From contig JBGSVE010000007.1 in NCBI GenBank assembly GCA_041753075.1, forward strand, positions 19,823 to 83,822: 64,000 nt of DNA, read 5' to 3'. Origin of the DNA: Pirellulaceae bacterium. GTDB lineage: Bacteria; Planctomycetota; Planctomycetia; Pirellulales; Pirellulaceae. Under the pieces are notes generated by a model. That model saw nothing but the letters and a program-made list of their open reading frames with translations. It was not told the DNA's origin and did not search any database. The position numbers and the translations under genes are program-made. This document shows, in pieces, positions 1-10,698 of this stretch (within the stretch, counting starts at the first letter, position 1; the number at the start of each line of letters is the position of its first letter).

Positions 1-28
1 GAGCAGCCAATATCGCTTTGCCCTTGAT

Positions 29-637
29 GTGGCAAACAACGCGTTGGCGTTGAGCGACTTTGCCACAAGCTTCGCTTCCCATTTGCGAACCCAGCGGCGG
101 CTGGCGATCGTCGGCCCACATGGCAGCGGCAAAACGACACTGCTGCGGTCGCTGGAACCGTCGCTGCTCCGTGAATACGAAACGCTCGCGTCGTTGAGGT
201 TGTCGTCAAGCGATCGATGCCCGCGAAGAACACTTGGGCGCTGGCTCGACGAACAATTGCTTTCATTGCCGAACCCAGCCGCGTCGACATGTTTGATCGT
301 CGATGGACTGGAGCAACTGGGTTGGCTCAGCCGCCGGTTGGCATTGTCGCGAATCGCCAAACGACCTGGCACCGTGTTGATCGTGACCAGCCACCAGCCG
401 CTCGCAGCGATCCGAACTGCTTGGACGACTACCTGGAATCACGAGTTGGCGCGGGCGTTGACGCGAGAGAAGATCAGCCACTGCGACGATTCGATCCAAC
501 GCGATTTGATCGCGTCGTATGACAAACAACTCGCCGCATCGGGTGCGTCCCCGAACTTGCGCGACGTGTGGTTCAGTCTTTATGACCGATACGAAATTCT
601 GCGGCGTAAAACAATATGCGCTCGTACTAGTGATTAA
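29..637 (+). CDS. P-loop NTPase-like hypothetical protein
   Basis: 202-aa ORF with a GTG start. It has a Walker A-like GPHGSGKTT and a Walker B-like hydrophobic strand plus Asp (CLIVDGLEQ). No closer family recognised, and upstream context lies outside the window. Confidence 0.5.
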   Translation: MANNALALSDFATSFASHLRTQRRLAIVGPHGSGKTTLLRSLEPSLLREYETLASLRLSSSDRCPRRTLGRWLDEQLLSLPNPAASTCLIVDGLEQLGWLSRRLALSRIAKRPGTVLIVTSHQPLAAIRTAWTTTWNHELARALTREKISHCDDSIQRDLIASYDKQLAASGASPNLRDVWFSLYDRYEILRRKTICARTSD

Positions 638-658
638 TTGGGACGAGACGATTGTAGT

Positions 659-708
659 ACGGTTGTCCCCAACGGTTTGAGATCGCCTAAACGGTTGAGG
701 ACAACCGT
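659..708. terminator. Possible bidirectional terminator hairpin between convergent genes
   Basis: Perfect 10-bp inverted repeat acggttgtcc (659-668) / ggacaaccgt (699-708), followed by an A/T-rich run (taaaatttta). The 30-nt loop is large, so confidence is low. Confidence 0.3.
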
Positions 709-748
709 TCTAAAATTTTACTGACCCGAAATTTGAGCTGCGACGCTG

Positions 749-934
749 CTAACCGTTAACGTTCGGGCGAGCCGAAGCGGTGTTATGGAAATCGGGCTGG
801 TAGCGCCGATATTCAATGAACATCGCGATCACGGCAATCAGCATGAACAACATGCTCAGCAGTAACATAATGGTATAGATATTCGCCGGCTGCTTGCGCG
901 GACGATCACTCGATGGCTGTGTCGACACGGTCAC
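749..934 (-). CDS. Small single-pass membrane protein, hypothetical
   Basis: 61-aa ORF with one strongly hydrophobic segment (IYTIMLLLSMLFMLIAVIAMFI). It overlaps the 3' end of the upstream coiled-coil gene by 29 nt on the same strand. Confidence 0.4.
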   Translation of the reverse strand: MTVSTQPSSDRPRKQPANIYTIMLLLSMLFMLIAVIAMFIEYRRYQPDFHNTASARPNVNG

Positions 935-1745
935 CCTCTTGAATCACACCTTCGCTGTAGTCCGCCAAAATTTGGCCTACCGAACGATCCGGTTCGGTTC
1001 TCAACACTTTCACCTTGGCAATATAGCGACCACTGCGGGTCACATCGAGCAAGTGTCCGTTCCTCAGGCCGTCGTCAAAGCCGATCGACAGTTCGACCAT
1101 CTTGCGACCACGATCGATCACCAGCACCGTGCCATTGCGATCCGGTGGTGCACCGTTGAGCGGTTCGTTGATATCGATGCCCTTGAGATCAACCACTTCT
1201 TTGTAGCGCCGGACCTGGGTCATCAATTGATCATTGCGGTTAGTTTGTTCTTGTACGATTCCCCGCAAGCGATTCATCTGGTCGACCAATTCCAACGTCT
1301 CGGCAAACAACGAGTCGCGGTCTTCTTGTTCTTTGCGAATTTGTTCGCGCAGCTTGCGGGTTTCTTCGGTCAGGCGTTGTAATTCTTCGGCGCGGCTGCG
1401 ATCGACCTGGGACAATTCGGTGCTCTTGGCTTCGAGCTGGGCAACGGTCGCTTCGCTTTTGCTGAGCAATTGTTCGAGTTGGTCGAGTTGGGTTTGAAGA
1501 GCGGCCAGCGCGGTGCGGCGCGAAGCTTGTTCGCGGTCCAGGGCAAGCTGGGTGCGTTCGCGAGCGTCGCGCAGTTGTTGATTGGATTGTTCAACCGTCT
1601 CGATTCGTTTCTTCAGCCCGGTATCAGGATTCAGCACCACGTCGCGCCAATTGCGGTGCGATGCGTTGGCGACCAATGCCAATACCATGAACACGATGCT
1701 CAAAAAGCACGTGAAGGCCAAAAACCATTTGCCCAGTAGTGTCAT
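906..1745 (-). CDS. Membrane-anchored coiled-coil protein, hypothetical
   Basis: 279-aa ORF with an N-terminal TM helix (WFLAFTCFLSIVFMVLALVA). A long heptad-like Q/E/R/L-rich region follows. No enzymatic motif seen. Confidence 0.6.
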   Translation of the reverse strand: MTLLGKWFLAFTCFLSIVFMVLALVANASHRNWRDVVLNPDTGLKKRIETVEQSNQQLRDARERTQLALDREQASRRTALAALQTQLDQLEQLLSKSEATVAQLEAKSTELSQVDRSRAEELQRLTEETRKLREQIRKEQEDRDSLFAETLELVDQMNRLRGIVQEQTNRNDQLMTQVRRYKEVVDLKGIDINEPLNGAPPDRNGTVLVIDRGRKMVELSIGFDDGLRNGHLLDVTRSGRYIAKVKVLRTEPDRSVGQILADYSEGVIQEGDRVDTAIE

Positions 1746-2090
1746 TGCGTTTGATTCTCGGTCGAACAGGAGCCAAGCAGACTAGCGAAACCGGTTGTCG
1801 TGAATTGCCGTCGGACAGCCCGCTGGGTGGCAATTGATAAGCGCCTCGGGGCCATCGCTCACGACTGTCAAAAGTATAGTTGCCGACCAAAAGATCTGTC
1901 AAAGAAATTTGGCCCTGCTTCAGTTTCCTTATTCGGACTACCCGTCACAACCCAATCGGCTATCCGTAATCGGTTCACTTTGCCCTGTCATTTGTACTGA
2001 TTTCCCAGGCCGCCGTAACCTAGGCTTGCCGCAACAAGCTTTTCTCGCGCCGCGGCCAACGACGCTCGGCGACCTGATTTTTTACGACAG

Positions 2091-3251
2091 TTGAGTAGTA
2101 ACATGATCCGCTCAATCACCGCAGCACTTGCCAATCGCGACGAATTTCAGCCCGCCGAACGCCGCGCACTCCGCTGGATCGCCTTGGCCACGATGCTGGG
2201 AAGTTGTGCTGCGGCACTGACCGGCACGGCCGCCGAACACGAACAAAACCCGCCGGTTGCTGCCGCCGCCGATCCGGTGCTAGTCGTTGGCAACGCCGCG
2301 TGCGTCAAATGCCACGCATCGGAACAGGCGGTCTGGTCAGCAACGCCGCACGCGCGAACGTTCGATGAATTGCATCGACGCCCCGAGGCTGCACAAATCG
2401 CGGCCAAACTCGGCGTCGCCTCGGTCAAACACGGCGACCGCTGCGTCGCTTGTCATTACACCCAACAAGTTGCCGGCGACCCCAATGCCGTCACCACGGT
2501 CTCGCGCTCCAGCACACCCGCCAACGCTAACTTTCACTCGATCGCCGGCGTCGCTTGCGAATCGTGCCACGGTGCGGCCAAGAATTGGCTCGAAGTACAC
2601 CACGATTACGGCTCGCCATCGGCAACGCGTTTGACCGAATCGGCGGCGCATCGTAGGGACCGAATCACCCGCAGTGTGGCGCTCGGGATGCGGAATCCAC
2701 ATAACGTTTACCTGGTTGCCCAAAGCTGTTATCGCTGTCACACCACCGGCAACGAAACGCTTGTCAATGTCGGCGGTCACTCGGCCGGTAGCCTCGATTT
2801 CGAATTCGTATCCTGGAGCCAAGGAACCGTTCACCACAATTTTGTGAATAGCGATGGCAAGCAGAACCAGGCCAGCTCACCGGAGCGATTGCGGTTCATG
2901 TTTTTGGCCGGTGTGATTGCCGACACCGAAGCGTCGCTGCGGGCGCTGGCAACGGCAACCGTGAAAGAGACCTATGCGATGACCGTGGCCAAGCGCGCCG
3001 CGCGAGCCGGTTCACGCTTGCGCAGCGTCGCCGAAAAGATCGACGATCCGCGCCTGGCACAAGCCGTTGCCGTGTTTGACGCTGTGGCGATCAAATTGAA
3101 CAATGGCCCACAGCTTGAATCGGGGGCGAATGAGTTGGCGATGATCGGCTGGGAGTTGGCCGATGCCGAGACGAACGAAGCGGGAGCAGCGCTGCGCGCC
3201 AAATTGCCCGCGCTCGATCCATTCATTCCCGCACGCCAGACTTGGAAGTAG
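2091..3251 (+). CDS. Tetrahaem c-type cytochrome with non-haem C-terminal region
   Basis: 386-aa ORF with a TTG start. It has four CXXCH motifs (CVKCH, CVACH, CESCH, CYRCH) and an N-terminal hydrophobic segment with a possible lipobox (MLGSC). Confidence 0.75.
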   Translation: MSSNMIRSITAALANRDEFQPAERRALRWIALATMLGSCAAALTGTAAEHEQNPPVAAAADPVLVVGNAACVKCHASEQAVWSATPHARTFDELHRRPEAAQIAAKLGVASVKHGDRCVACHYTQQVAGDPNAVTTVSRSSTPANANFHSIAGVACESCHGAAKNWLEVHHDYGSPSATRLTESAAHRRDRITRSVALGMRNPHNVYLVAQSCYRCHTTGNETLVNVGGHSAGSLDFEFVSWSQGTVHHNFVNSDGKQNQASSPERLRFMFLAGVIADTEASLRALATATVKETYAMTVAKRAARAGSRLRSVAEKIDDPRLAQAVAVFDAVAIKLNNGPQLESGANELAMIGWELADAETNEAGAALRAKLPALDPFIPARQTWK

Positions 3252-3257
3252 CGTTAG

Positions 3258-4091
3258 CTATTGGCCGATGGAATTGATGGCGTCGGGGAACCGAAAATAC
3301 GTATGGTCGGCACTGTGCATCCGCGTATTCTTGTCATCGTGAACGCTCGACCAAATCGATTGGTCCTTAAACGACAGATAGATCTCATGATCAGTCATGC
3401 GGATCGGTGCCAATCGCCATTTCCAAATGCCTTGAATGCGATGCGCTTCCACCAGCAACATCAGCTCCGGATCGGCACCGGCGTCGCCAAGCATTGAAAA
3501 CAACGCTCCCGCTCGGTCGGGGCTGTTGTAAGTTGTCAACTCCTTCGGCATAAGTCGCAACTGCCATCGCTTCTGTTCCGCATCAATCGTGTGGGCGGTA
3601 ACAAAACGAGTGAGCTGCCGGATCGTCAGCATTCGTCGCTGCGGATTCTCAGGCACCTCAGTGCTCCCGGCGAGTTCGATAAACTCAATTCCTTTCACTG
3701 GCTTCCAAGCCTGCGTTGCTCGCGTATTAGTCGAATCAAGGACTGACTCGGAAAGCGAATGCAGCTCGTGAACAATCCGTTGTTGCGTGGGATTGAGTTG
3801 CCAAGGAAAGGAAAACAAGGTTGCCAAGGCGGCGGGCACCTCACCGTCATCCCAAAGAAACAGGTGCCCAATTTGGCCGCCGGCTCGCCGCGGATTCGTC
3901 CACACCATCACTGGCTGCTCCCTGAGCACAAACTGTCGCTGGTGCGTCGCATCCGCGTACAGGTCGTATTGTTTTGCGGCCTCGAGATGAATCGGCAACA
4001 TCGTGTCCGCTGACACGGTTTGCCCGCGCGCCGGATTCGCTGCAGCAAGCCAGGTCAATGCAACCACACAAAGCAAAAATCGTTGCGTCAA
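3258..4091 (-). CDS. Secreted hypothetical protein
   Basis: 277-aa ORF with a signal-peptide-like N-terminus (MTQRFLLCVVALTWLAAANPARGQ). No recognised domain. Confidence 0.55.
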   Translation of the reverse strand: MTQRFLLCVVALTWLAAANPARGQTVSADTMLPIHLEAAKQYDLYADATHQRQFVLREQPVMVWTNPRRAGGQIGHLFLWDDGEVPAALATLFSFPWQLNPTQQRIVHELHSLSESVLDSTNTRATQAWKPVKGIEFIELAGSTEVPENPQRRMLTIRQLTRFVTAHTIDAEQKRWQLRLMPKELTTYNSPDRAGALFSMLGDAGADPELMLLVEAHRIQGIWKWRLAPIRMTDHEIYLSFKDQSIWSSVHDDKNTRMHSADHTYFRFPDAINSIGQ

Positions 4092-4328
4092 GGTGTTCTC
4101 CGATTAGGCCAAGGGTTCGCCAGCGACTGGATTTTAGACACATTGTCTGTGTCGGTCAATTCGCCCCGGCGGCCTTTTCGACGGAGTGAAGCGGGAGCGA
4201 GTTTGCGATCTGTTTGTGTAGCTTGAAACCGAAGTATCCGTCGGTCAAGCCGATGGGATTACGACGAACTAGGTTACAATGATGCTCCCGACCAAACTAT
4301 TTCCCGCCAACGTATCAAGTTAATTTCG

Positions 4329-6614
4329 ATGATGAGTCCTTTCCGCTGTTCCTGCTTTGGTTGGCCATTACTTTCTGTTTTGACGACGACGTTGATCTGC
4401 CTCGTCAGCAACGCCGATGACGCAACTGAAACGCCACCCGAAGCGGGACACAGTGCTCACGGTGAGGCGTTCGACGACGGACCGCGCCAAGCGGCTCGGT
4501 TGTTGAGCGGTCTGGCCAAGATCACGTTTCCTACCGCTGCGAAGAATTCTCAGGCGCAGGCGTTCGTTGAACAAGGTGTCGCGCAACTTCATGGCTTTTG
4601 GTATTTCGAGGCGGAACGTTCTTTTCGACAAGCAGCGGCGATTGAACCTGAGTTGGCAATTGCCTACTGGGGCTGCGCGATGGCCAACATCGAAAACTCC
4701 AAACGCGCGATCGGGTTTATTGGCGAGGCGAAGAAACGCTGCGGCGCGCCGACGACCGGCCGCGAGAAATTGTATATCGAAGCTCTGGATCGATATTCAA
4801 CCGCCCGCGACAAGGCGCAGGAGTCAACCGACGACAAGAAAAAAGAAGCCCAGCAACAGGCGCATCAACGTTACATCGCGGACCTCGAAAAAATCATTGA
4901 CGACTTCCCCAACGACAACGAAGCGAAAGCGTTCTTGGTCTTACAACTGTGGCTCGCCGATCAAGATGGCTTGAAGATGCCCAGTCGCTATGCCGTCAGC
5001 GCCTTGCTCGATGGCATCTTCGCATCACAACCGCTGCACCCGGCGCATCATTATCGAATCCACCTGTGGGATAAACAACGTCCCAAGAACGCCCTTGATT
5101 CGGCTGCCAAGTCCGGTCCCGCCATGCCCGGTGTCGCTCACATGTGGCACATGCCCGGCCATACCTACTCAAAGTTGTTCCGCTACGACGACGCCGCCTG
5201 GCAACAGGAAGCCGCAGCGCGTGTCGATCATGCCTTCATGATCGACACCCGGCTGATTCCTGACCAGATTCATAACTTCGCCCACAACCATGAGTGGATG
5301 ATCCGCAATTGGCTCAACCTGGGACGAGTGCAAGACGCGATCCGACATTCCAAGTACTTAATCAGCCTGCCACAACACCCAAAATACAATACCCATAAGA
5401 AAGGTAGTTTTCATTTTGGACGTGAGCGATTGCTGCAAACCCTGACATCGTTTTCCTTATGGCCACAATTGATCGAAGAGGCGTCTGGGCCGTTTCTGTC
5501 AACGATCGACAATGAAGCAGCTAACCAAGAACGCAATGCTTGGTTGGCGGTGGCCTACGTTATGGAAGCAAACAGGGCGGAAGGTCAGAGCCGTCTGCGG
5601 GCGTTGCGTCGGAAGAAAATCGAATGCGAAACTCGGTTGCTCGATGCCGAGGAGCAATTGGCCACGGGAGATACCGATAAAACATTGACCGACTCGATTA
5701 AGGAGTCAAAGCAGCAGATCAAGCATTTTCAATCACAATTGGCGCGCGTCCAGGCTGCGGCTGCGACCATGCGTGGTGACAAAGAATCGTTGGCACGAAC
5801 CGCCAAGACCGCAAAACTCGATTCCGTCATGCTGGCCCAGTGGCAAGTCATTGCAAAAGATTTGGAGGGCGCGCAGAAAACAGCCGAATTGGCGGTCAAA
5901 GCAAAACGCGGCGAGGTGTTGCCGCTGGCTGTCTTGATCGACATTTTATGGCGACAAGACAAGCATGACGAAGCGTTGAAACGCTTTAGCGAACTGCGAA
6001 AAATCGCCCACGTCGCGGATCTCGACACGCCCGTGCTGACTCGCTTAGCCGCGGTCGCCGGAGCTGCCAAAGTGAGCGGGGATTGGCGAATTGCCAAGAA
6101 GATGTCCAGCGACGTTGGCGAGCGACCGGATTGGAAGGCGCTCGGGCCAGAGTTTTGGCATGCCGGTGCCGCCCCTACGTTTGACGTCGAAGCCACCGAC
6201 GGCAGCATTTTCACGAGTAATGACTTGGGTAGCAAACCGCGTTTGGTGTTTTTCTATCTCGGCTTTGGTTGCCTGCACTGCATCGAGCAATTGAAAGCAT
6301 TTTCACCATTGGTTGAGCAGTTTCGCGCACTTGGCATTGAGGCAATCGCGATCAGCAACGAGGATCTGAAAACATTAAAATTGGGCATCGAAAATTTTCC
6401 CGACCCGATCCCAATTCCCTTATATGCCGACTCGCAACAAGCCGCCTTCAAAGCGTTTCGCTGTTGGGATGATTTTGAAGCCGCGCCGCTGCATGGAACT
6501 TATTTATTAGATGCTCAAGGCCAAATTCGCTGGCAAGACATCGGCCCCGAGCCATTCAACGATGCAAAGTTCTTGCTAACTGAAGCCGAACGTTTATTAG
6601 CGCTGCCCGATTGA
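4329..6614 (+). CDS. TPR-like helical repeat protein fused to a C-terminal thioredoxin-fold (AhpC/TSA-like redoxin) domain
   Basis: 761-aa ORF with an N-terminal hydrophobic signal/anchor and a long helical region. The C-terminal segment PRLVFFYLGFGCLHCIEQL carries a CXXC motif in the typical redoxin context. Confidence 0.7.
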   Translation: MMSPFRCSCFGWPLLSVLTTTLICLVSNADDATETPPEAGHSAHGEAFDDGPRQAARLLSGLAKITFPTAAKNSQAQAFVEQGVAQLHGFWYFEAERSFRQAAAIEPELAIAYWGCAMANIENSKRAIGFIGEAKKRCGAPTTGREKLYIEALDRYSTARDKAQESTDDKKKEAQQQAHQRYIADLEKIIDDFPNDNEAKAFLVLQLWLADQDGLKMPSRYAVSALLDGIFASQPLHPAHHYRIHLWDKQRPKNALDSAAKSGPAMPGVAHMWHMPGHTYSKLFRYDDAAWQQEAAARVDHAFMIDTRLIPDQIHNFAHNHEWMIRNWLNLGRVQDAIRHSKYLISLPQHPKYNTHKKGSFHFGRERLLQTLTSFSLWPQLIEEASGPFLSTIDNEAANQERNAWLAVAYVMEANRAEGQSRLRALRRKKIECETRLLDAEEQLATGDTDKTLTDSIKESKQQIKHFQSQLARVQAAAATMRGDKESLARTAKTAKLDSVMLAQWQVIAKDLEGAQKTAELAVKAKRGEVLPLAVLIDILWRQDKHDEALKRFSELRKIAHVADLDTPVLTRLAAVAGAAKVSGDWRIAKKMSSDVGERPDWKALGPEFWHAGAAPTFDVEATDGSIFTSNDLGSKPRLVFFYLGFGCLHCIEQLKAFSPLVEQFRALGIEAIAISNEDLKTLKLGIENFPDPIPIPLYADSQQAAFKAFRCWDDFEAAPLHGTYLLDAQGQIRWQDIGPEPFNDAKFLLTEAERLLALPD

Positions 6615-6768
6615 TTACGGCTGGGAACTTCATTTGGTGCAATCCATCTTCCGATTGCGCCTTCCGAGCAGAAAGTGTACGGCATCGAACAAAGTTATCT
6701 TGCCTGATCGATGTGAACAAAGGTTCGGCAATAGCTGACTTAGTCGCCTAAGCAGTGCGAAAGGCGAA

Positions 6769-8205
6769 CTATGGCAATTCGATGGGCTCGGCCATTTCGC
6801 TGTCTAGCGCCAACCAGGCGTGAACCAATTCACGCAGCTTCGTCGGTTGGTCAGCGGCCAGGTTATTGGTCTCCGAAATGTCGGCGGCTAGGTGATAGAG
6901 TTCGAATGGTTCCTTTGCGCTGGGCCGAACAATTTTCCAATCGCCTTGGCGAAGCGCGGTCTTGCCGCCTTGCATTCGCCAGTAGACGCGGTCATGCATC
7001 GCGCCGAGTCGTTTGCCGCTTAAGAACGGCATCACATTGACACCATCGAGCGCTACGTCGGATTCGAGGCCGGCCATGTCGAGCGCCGTTGCCGCAACGT
7101 CGAGACTCAGCACGACACGCGGCTCGGCAACATCGGCTGGCAATGTGCCTGGCATCGACCAAATCATTGGCACGCGAATTCCGCCTTCGTATAAATCACC
7201 CTTGCCGCCGCGAAGTGGTGCATTGCTGCTGGTCAATTCTTTAGTCGGACCGCCGTTGTCGCTAACAAACACGATCAACGTGTTTTCGATAAGACCACGC
7301 TCTTGCAGCGCAGCGGTGATTGCCGCGACGCCACGATCCAGTGCAATCAACATCGCGGCGAAAATCTTGCGTTGTGGATCATTGATTCCATATACTTGGT
7401 CGACGTCGGATTTCCGTGCCTGCATTGGGCTGTGGACGGCGTTGTAGGAAACGACAAGTGCCAGCGGCGAAGCGTGGTCTTGGTGAATGTACTCGACGGC
7501 GTTGTGTGTAATCGCATCGGTTAAATAATCACGTTCTTTGATCGATTTGTCGCCGCGAACAAGCGGATTTTCGTCGTCGTAGGCTGGTTCGTCATTGCCG
7601 GTGTAATTGCCACGAAACAAATCGCCGGATCGCACCATCTCACCCGCCGAGACCGATTTACTCCTGAGCATGGTGTAAACGTTTTCATACGGCGGCCCCG
7701 GAACGTAATAGTGGCCCTCGTGCAAAAAACCATAAAATGAATCAAAACCTCGCGCCAACGGTTGCTTCGCTTCCGAGGCACCAAGATGCCATTTGCCGAT
7801 CAATGCCGTGCGGTAACCACTGTGCTTCAATTCGGAGATGAACGTGGTCTCGGTAACCGGTAGGCCGGCGGCCGCCAGCAGGTTGCGTTTGCCCGTTGGA
7901 TTCATGTCATAGCCGAAGCGAGATTGAAAACGCCCCGTCAAGATTCCAGCTCGACTGGGGCTGCAATACGACGACGTGACGTAGCCCGCGGTACAGCGAA
8001 CACCGCTCTTGGCCAATGCGTCGATACCGGGCGTGGGAATTTGTTGGTTGCCTTGCATCCCGGTTTCGCCGTAGCCAAGATCATCGGCAATTATCAAGAC
8101 AATGTTTGGTCGGTCGCTTGAGTCGGCCTTGAGTAACGATAAACTAAAGGCTTGAGCGAAGAGTGTTGCCAGCGCCGCAGTGGCGAGCGGAGTTGATTTG
8201 ATCAT
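6769..8205 (-). CDS. Formylglycine-dependent sulfatase (arylsulfatase family)
   Basis: 478-aa ORF with a signal peptide, the metal-binding start [14 protein letters not shown] and the sulfatase signature [12 protein letters not shown]. Its start overlaps the stop of the upstream AraC gene as ATGA (8202-8205). Confidence 0.9.
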   Translation of the reverse strand: MIKSTPLATAALATLFAQAFSLSLLKADSSDRPNIVLIIADDLGYGETGMQGNQQIPTPGIDALAKSGVRCTAGYVTSSYCSPSRAGILTGRFQSRFGYDMNPTGKRNLLAAAGLPVTETTFISELKHSGYRTALIGKWHLGASEAKQPLARGFDSFYGFLHEGHYYVPGPPYENVYTMLRSKSVSAGEMVRSGDLFRGNYTGNDEPAYDDENPLVRGDKSIKERDYLTDAITHNAVEYIHQDHASPLALVVSYNAVHSPMQARKSDVDQVYGINDPQRKIFAAMLIALDRGVAAITAALQERGLIENTLIVFVSDNGGPTKELTSSNAPLRGGKGDLYEGGIRVPMIWSMPGTLPADVAEPRVVLSLDVAATALDMAGLESDVALDGVNVMPFLSGKRLGAMHDRVYWRMQGGKTALRQGDWKIVRPSAKEPFELYHLAADISETNNLAADQPTKLRELVHAWLALDSEMAEPIELP

Positions 8206-9149
8206 TGCGATTCCCAGGCAGATGGACTCAGATTGCTGTTACGATAATCTCTTGGTGATGTTCCGGTCAAAGCACGGAATTGTCGGCTGAAGTAGTTGCT
8301 GTCCGTAAAGCCAACGGCCATGGCAATCGCCGTGACGCTGCTGTCGCTTTGTGCGAGTAATTTACACGCTTGACGAATTCGTAATCGAATTAAATAAGCG
8401 ATCGGCGGACAACCCATTGTCGACTCGAATGTTCGCAGGAAATTTCGCCGCGACATGCCAGAGATTTCGACCAGCTCGTCCAGCGAAACGGGGTCCGCGT
8501 AGTGCCGTTCAATCAGCGAGATCGCCTCCGCAATCCGCAACAGTGACTTGCTTCGTGGATTGCGCGATTGGCTGTAGCAGCGAGAAAGAAAAGTGACCAA
8601 CTGCAATAGTGTTGTTGTCGCCATCACGCCAAACCCGGGGCCACGGTCGGTGAGCTCCAAACTAAGCTGATCCACCAAACTAATCGCCTGCACCAATTCG
8701 GGCGGTGACAATTGCAAACGGCTATCGAACCCGTGGCGTTTTCGCCAAGCAGGTTCGAGTGTGAACAACGCGTGATATCCGGGAAGCGACGGCAAATCAC
8801 TCAGCGTCATCGGCAACTCGGATGCGTCGAACAAGACGTTGATCAGCCGCAGTTGATCCATATTCAAATAGTCGTGCGGTCGCGTTGGCCCGATCACAAA
8901 CGTGTCGCCTGTCGCCAGTACGTAGGAATCCTCGCCGGTGATGTGCTCGCCTTTGCCACCCGTGATGATCACGATCTCCGAGAACTCGTGGGAGTGCAGC
9001 CCAAAAGGCTTTTGGGGATCACGCCGCTCCACAACGATCGGAAAACCATCCTCGTGAAACCAGTCCTGCTTCTTCAGCACCTGCATAGCGAATCGTTGCC
9101 CATAATGTAGAATCGGCTGCCGGTAGGAAGCGGAAAGGTTGTGCATCAC
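8202..9149 (-). CDS. AraC/XylS-family transcriptional regulator (cupin sensor + HTH), RhaS/RhaR-like
   Basis: 315-aa ORF. It has an N-terminal cupin-like region ([18 protein letters not shown]) and a C-terminal AraC HTH ([32 protein letters not shown]). It is divergent from rhaA. Confidence 0.85.
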   Translation of the reverse strand: MMHNLSASYRQPILHYGQRFAMQVLKKQDWFHEDGFPIVVERRDPQKPFGLHSHEFSEIVIITGGKGEHITGEDSYVLATGDTFVIGPTRPHDYLNMDQLRLINVLFDASELPMTLSDLPSLPGYHALFTLEPAWRKRHGFDSRLQLSPPELVQAISLVDQLSLELTDRGPGFGVMATTTLLQLVTFLSRCYSQSRNPRSKSLLRIAEAISLIERHYADPVSLDELVEISGMSRRNFLRTFESTMGCPPIAYLIRLRIRQACKLLAQSDSSVTAIAMAVGFTDSNYFSRQFRALTGTSPRDYRNSNLSPSAWESQ

Positions 9150-9286
9150 GTTATCGGGTTCGACCTAAAGACCGACCGCAGGCTGGCACTATTGTGCTGG
9201 TACGTGTCGCAATCGTCAAGGTTTCCGAGACCCCGGCGGCTTAACGTATTGTCACGTCTCTCTCACTCGCCCCAGGACATCGCGGC
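9150..9286. promoter_or_regulatory. Divergent control region between the AraC-type regulator and rhaA
   Basis: 137-bp gap between divergent start codons. Promoters and operators are inferred from this arrangement; no specific site was validated. Confidence 0.4.
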
Positions 9287-10573
9287 ATGACGAATTCGGC
9301 AAACCTTCAAAAAGCTTTTGAGCTTTCGGTTGAACAATATGAATCACTTGGTGTGAACGTTTCACAAGCTCTGAACAAGCTGCGCGAAGTTTCGATTTCG
9401 GTCCAATGTTGGCAAGGCGACGACGTCGCTGGCTTTGAAGGGAACAAAGACGCACTGGGTAACGGGCTTGCGGTGACAGGCAATTATCCTGGCCGAGCAC
9501 GCACGCCCGATGAGCTGCGCAGTGACTTGGAACTCGCCTATTCGCTGATCCCAGGGAAGCAGCGTTTGAATTTGCATGCGCTGTACGGTGAATTCGATGG
9601 CCCCGTTGATCGTGATGCGATCGGCGTCGAACACTTTCAAGGTTGGATAGATTGGGGTCGTGGTCAAGGTGTGAAACTGGATTTCAACCCCAGTTATTTC
9701 TCGCACGAAAAAGCGAGCGACGGATTCACGTTAACGCACGCCGATTCTGGCATCCGTCAATTTTGGATCGATCATGGAATCGCTTGCCGCAAGATTGCCG
9801 CTGCGATCGGCGCGGCTCAAGGCAATCCTTGTATCAACAACTTCTGGGTACCCGACGGATCGAAAGACACGCCGGCCAGCCGAAAGGATCCTCGCCAGCG
9901 GCTTGCCGAATCGCTTGATGAGATCTTTAACGAAGAACTTTCGCCCAGTCACACGCTTGATGCGGTGGAGTGCAAACTGTTTGGCATCGGCAGCGAAAGT
10001 TATGTCGTTGGGTCGCATGAGTTTTATATGGGCTATGCGATTTCCAGAAACAAAATGCTGTGCCTTGATGCTGGACACTTTCATCCAACCGAGATGATTT
10101 CGGACAAGATTTCTGCGGTGCTGATGTATGTGCCGGAGTTGCTGTTGCACGTCAGTCGTGGAGTGCGCTGGGACAGCGACCATGTCGTGACTTACACGGA
10201 CGAATTGCAAGCGATCATGCAAGAGATTGTTCGTGGCGATTATCTCAATCGCGTTCATATTGGACTCGATTTCTTTGACGCCAGTATCAATCGTGTTGCA
10301 GCTTGGGCCATCGGAACTCGCAACGCGTTGAAGGCAGTTCTTGCGGCGTTGTTGGAACCAACCGAAACGCTGCGACAACTTGAGCGTGATGGTGATTACA
10401 CGGCGCGGTTGGCTTTGATGGAAGAACAAAAGTCGATGCCGTTGGGCGCGGTTTGGAATCATTATTGCCAAACGTCCGGCGTTCCCGTCGGAGCCCAGTG
10501 GCTGGAGAAGGTGCGTGACTATGAGAGGAATGTTCAATCTTTGCGCCACAACGAATTGGGTGCGGTGATTTAA
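9287..10573 (+). CDS. rhaA: L-rhamnose isomerase
   Basis: 428-aa ORF collinear with E. coli RhaA as I recall it. Shared segments include [75 protein letters not shown] and [16 protein letters not shown]. Confidence 0.95.
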   Translation: MTNSANLQKAFELSVEQYESLGVNVSQALNKLREVSISVQCWQGDDVAGFEGNKDALGNGLAVTGNYPGRARTPDELRSDLELAYSLIPGKQRLNLHALYGEFDGPVDRDAIGVEHFQGWIDWGRGQGVKLDFNPSYFSHEKASDGFTLTHADSGIRQFWIDHGIACRKIAAAIGAAQGNPCINNFWVPDGSKDTPASRKDPRQRLAESLDEIFNEELSPSHTLDAVECKLFGIGSESYVVGSHEFYMGYAISRNKMLCLDAGHFHPTEMISDKISAVLMYVPELLLHVSRGVRWDSDHVVTYTDELQAIMQEIVRGDYLNRVHIGLDFFDASINRVAAWAIGTRNALKAVLAALLEPTETLRQLERDGDYTARLALMEEQKSMPLGAVWNHYCQTSGVPVGAQWLEKVRDYERNVQSLRHNELGAVI

Positions 10574-10578
10574 TTTGC

Positions 10579-10642
10579 GAGCGGACGGGCGCTAGCCGCC
10601 GGTTTCGATCGGCAAATACCAGGGGCTAGCGCCCGCCCGCTC
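10579..10642. repeat. REP-like palindromic element, copy A
   Basis: Arms are gagcggacgggcgctagcc (10579-10597) and ggctagcgcccgcccgctc (10624-10642): 19 bp with 1 mismatch and a 26-nt loop. It starts 6 nt after the rhaA stop. The left-arm 25-mer is shared with copies at 19720 and 44786. Confidence 0.6.
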
Positions 10643-10698
10643 ACTAAACCTTCGTGCTGTTCAGCTAATCAAACTTTTAACAATCGGAACCTACTTTC

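Noticed and set aside
9184-9198. Sigma-54-like promoter TGGCACtattgTGCT upstream of rhaA
   Set aside because: The GG-to-GC spacing is one nucleotide short of the canonical -24/-12 spacing (11 versus 12 nt), and the -12 element reads TGCT rather than TTGC. An AraC-type activator also argues for a sigma-70 promoter.
9731-10549. 272-aa ORF antisense to rhaA
   Set aside because: rhaA is collinear with E. coli RhaA over its full length. The antisense frame is a GC-driven artefact.
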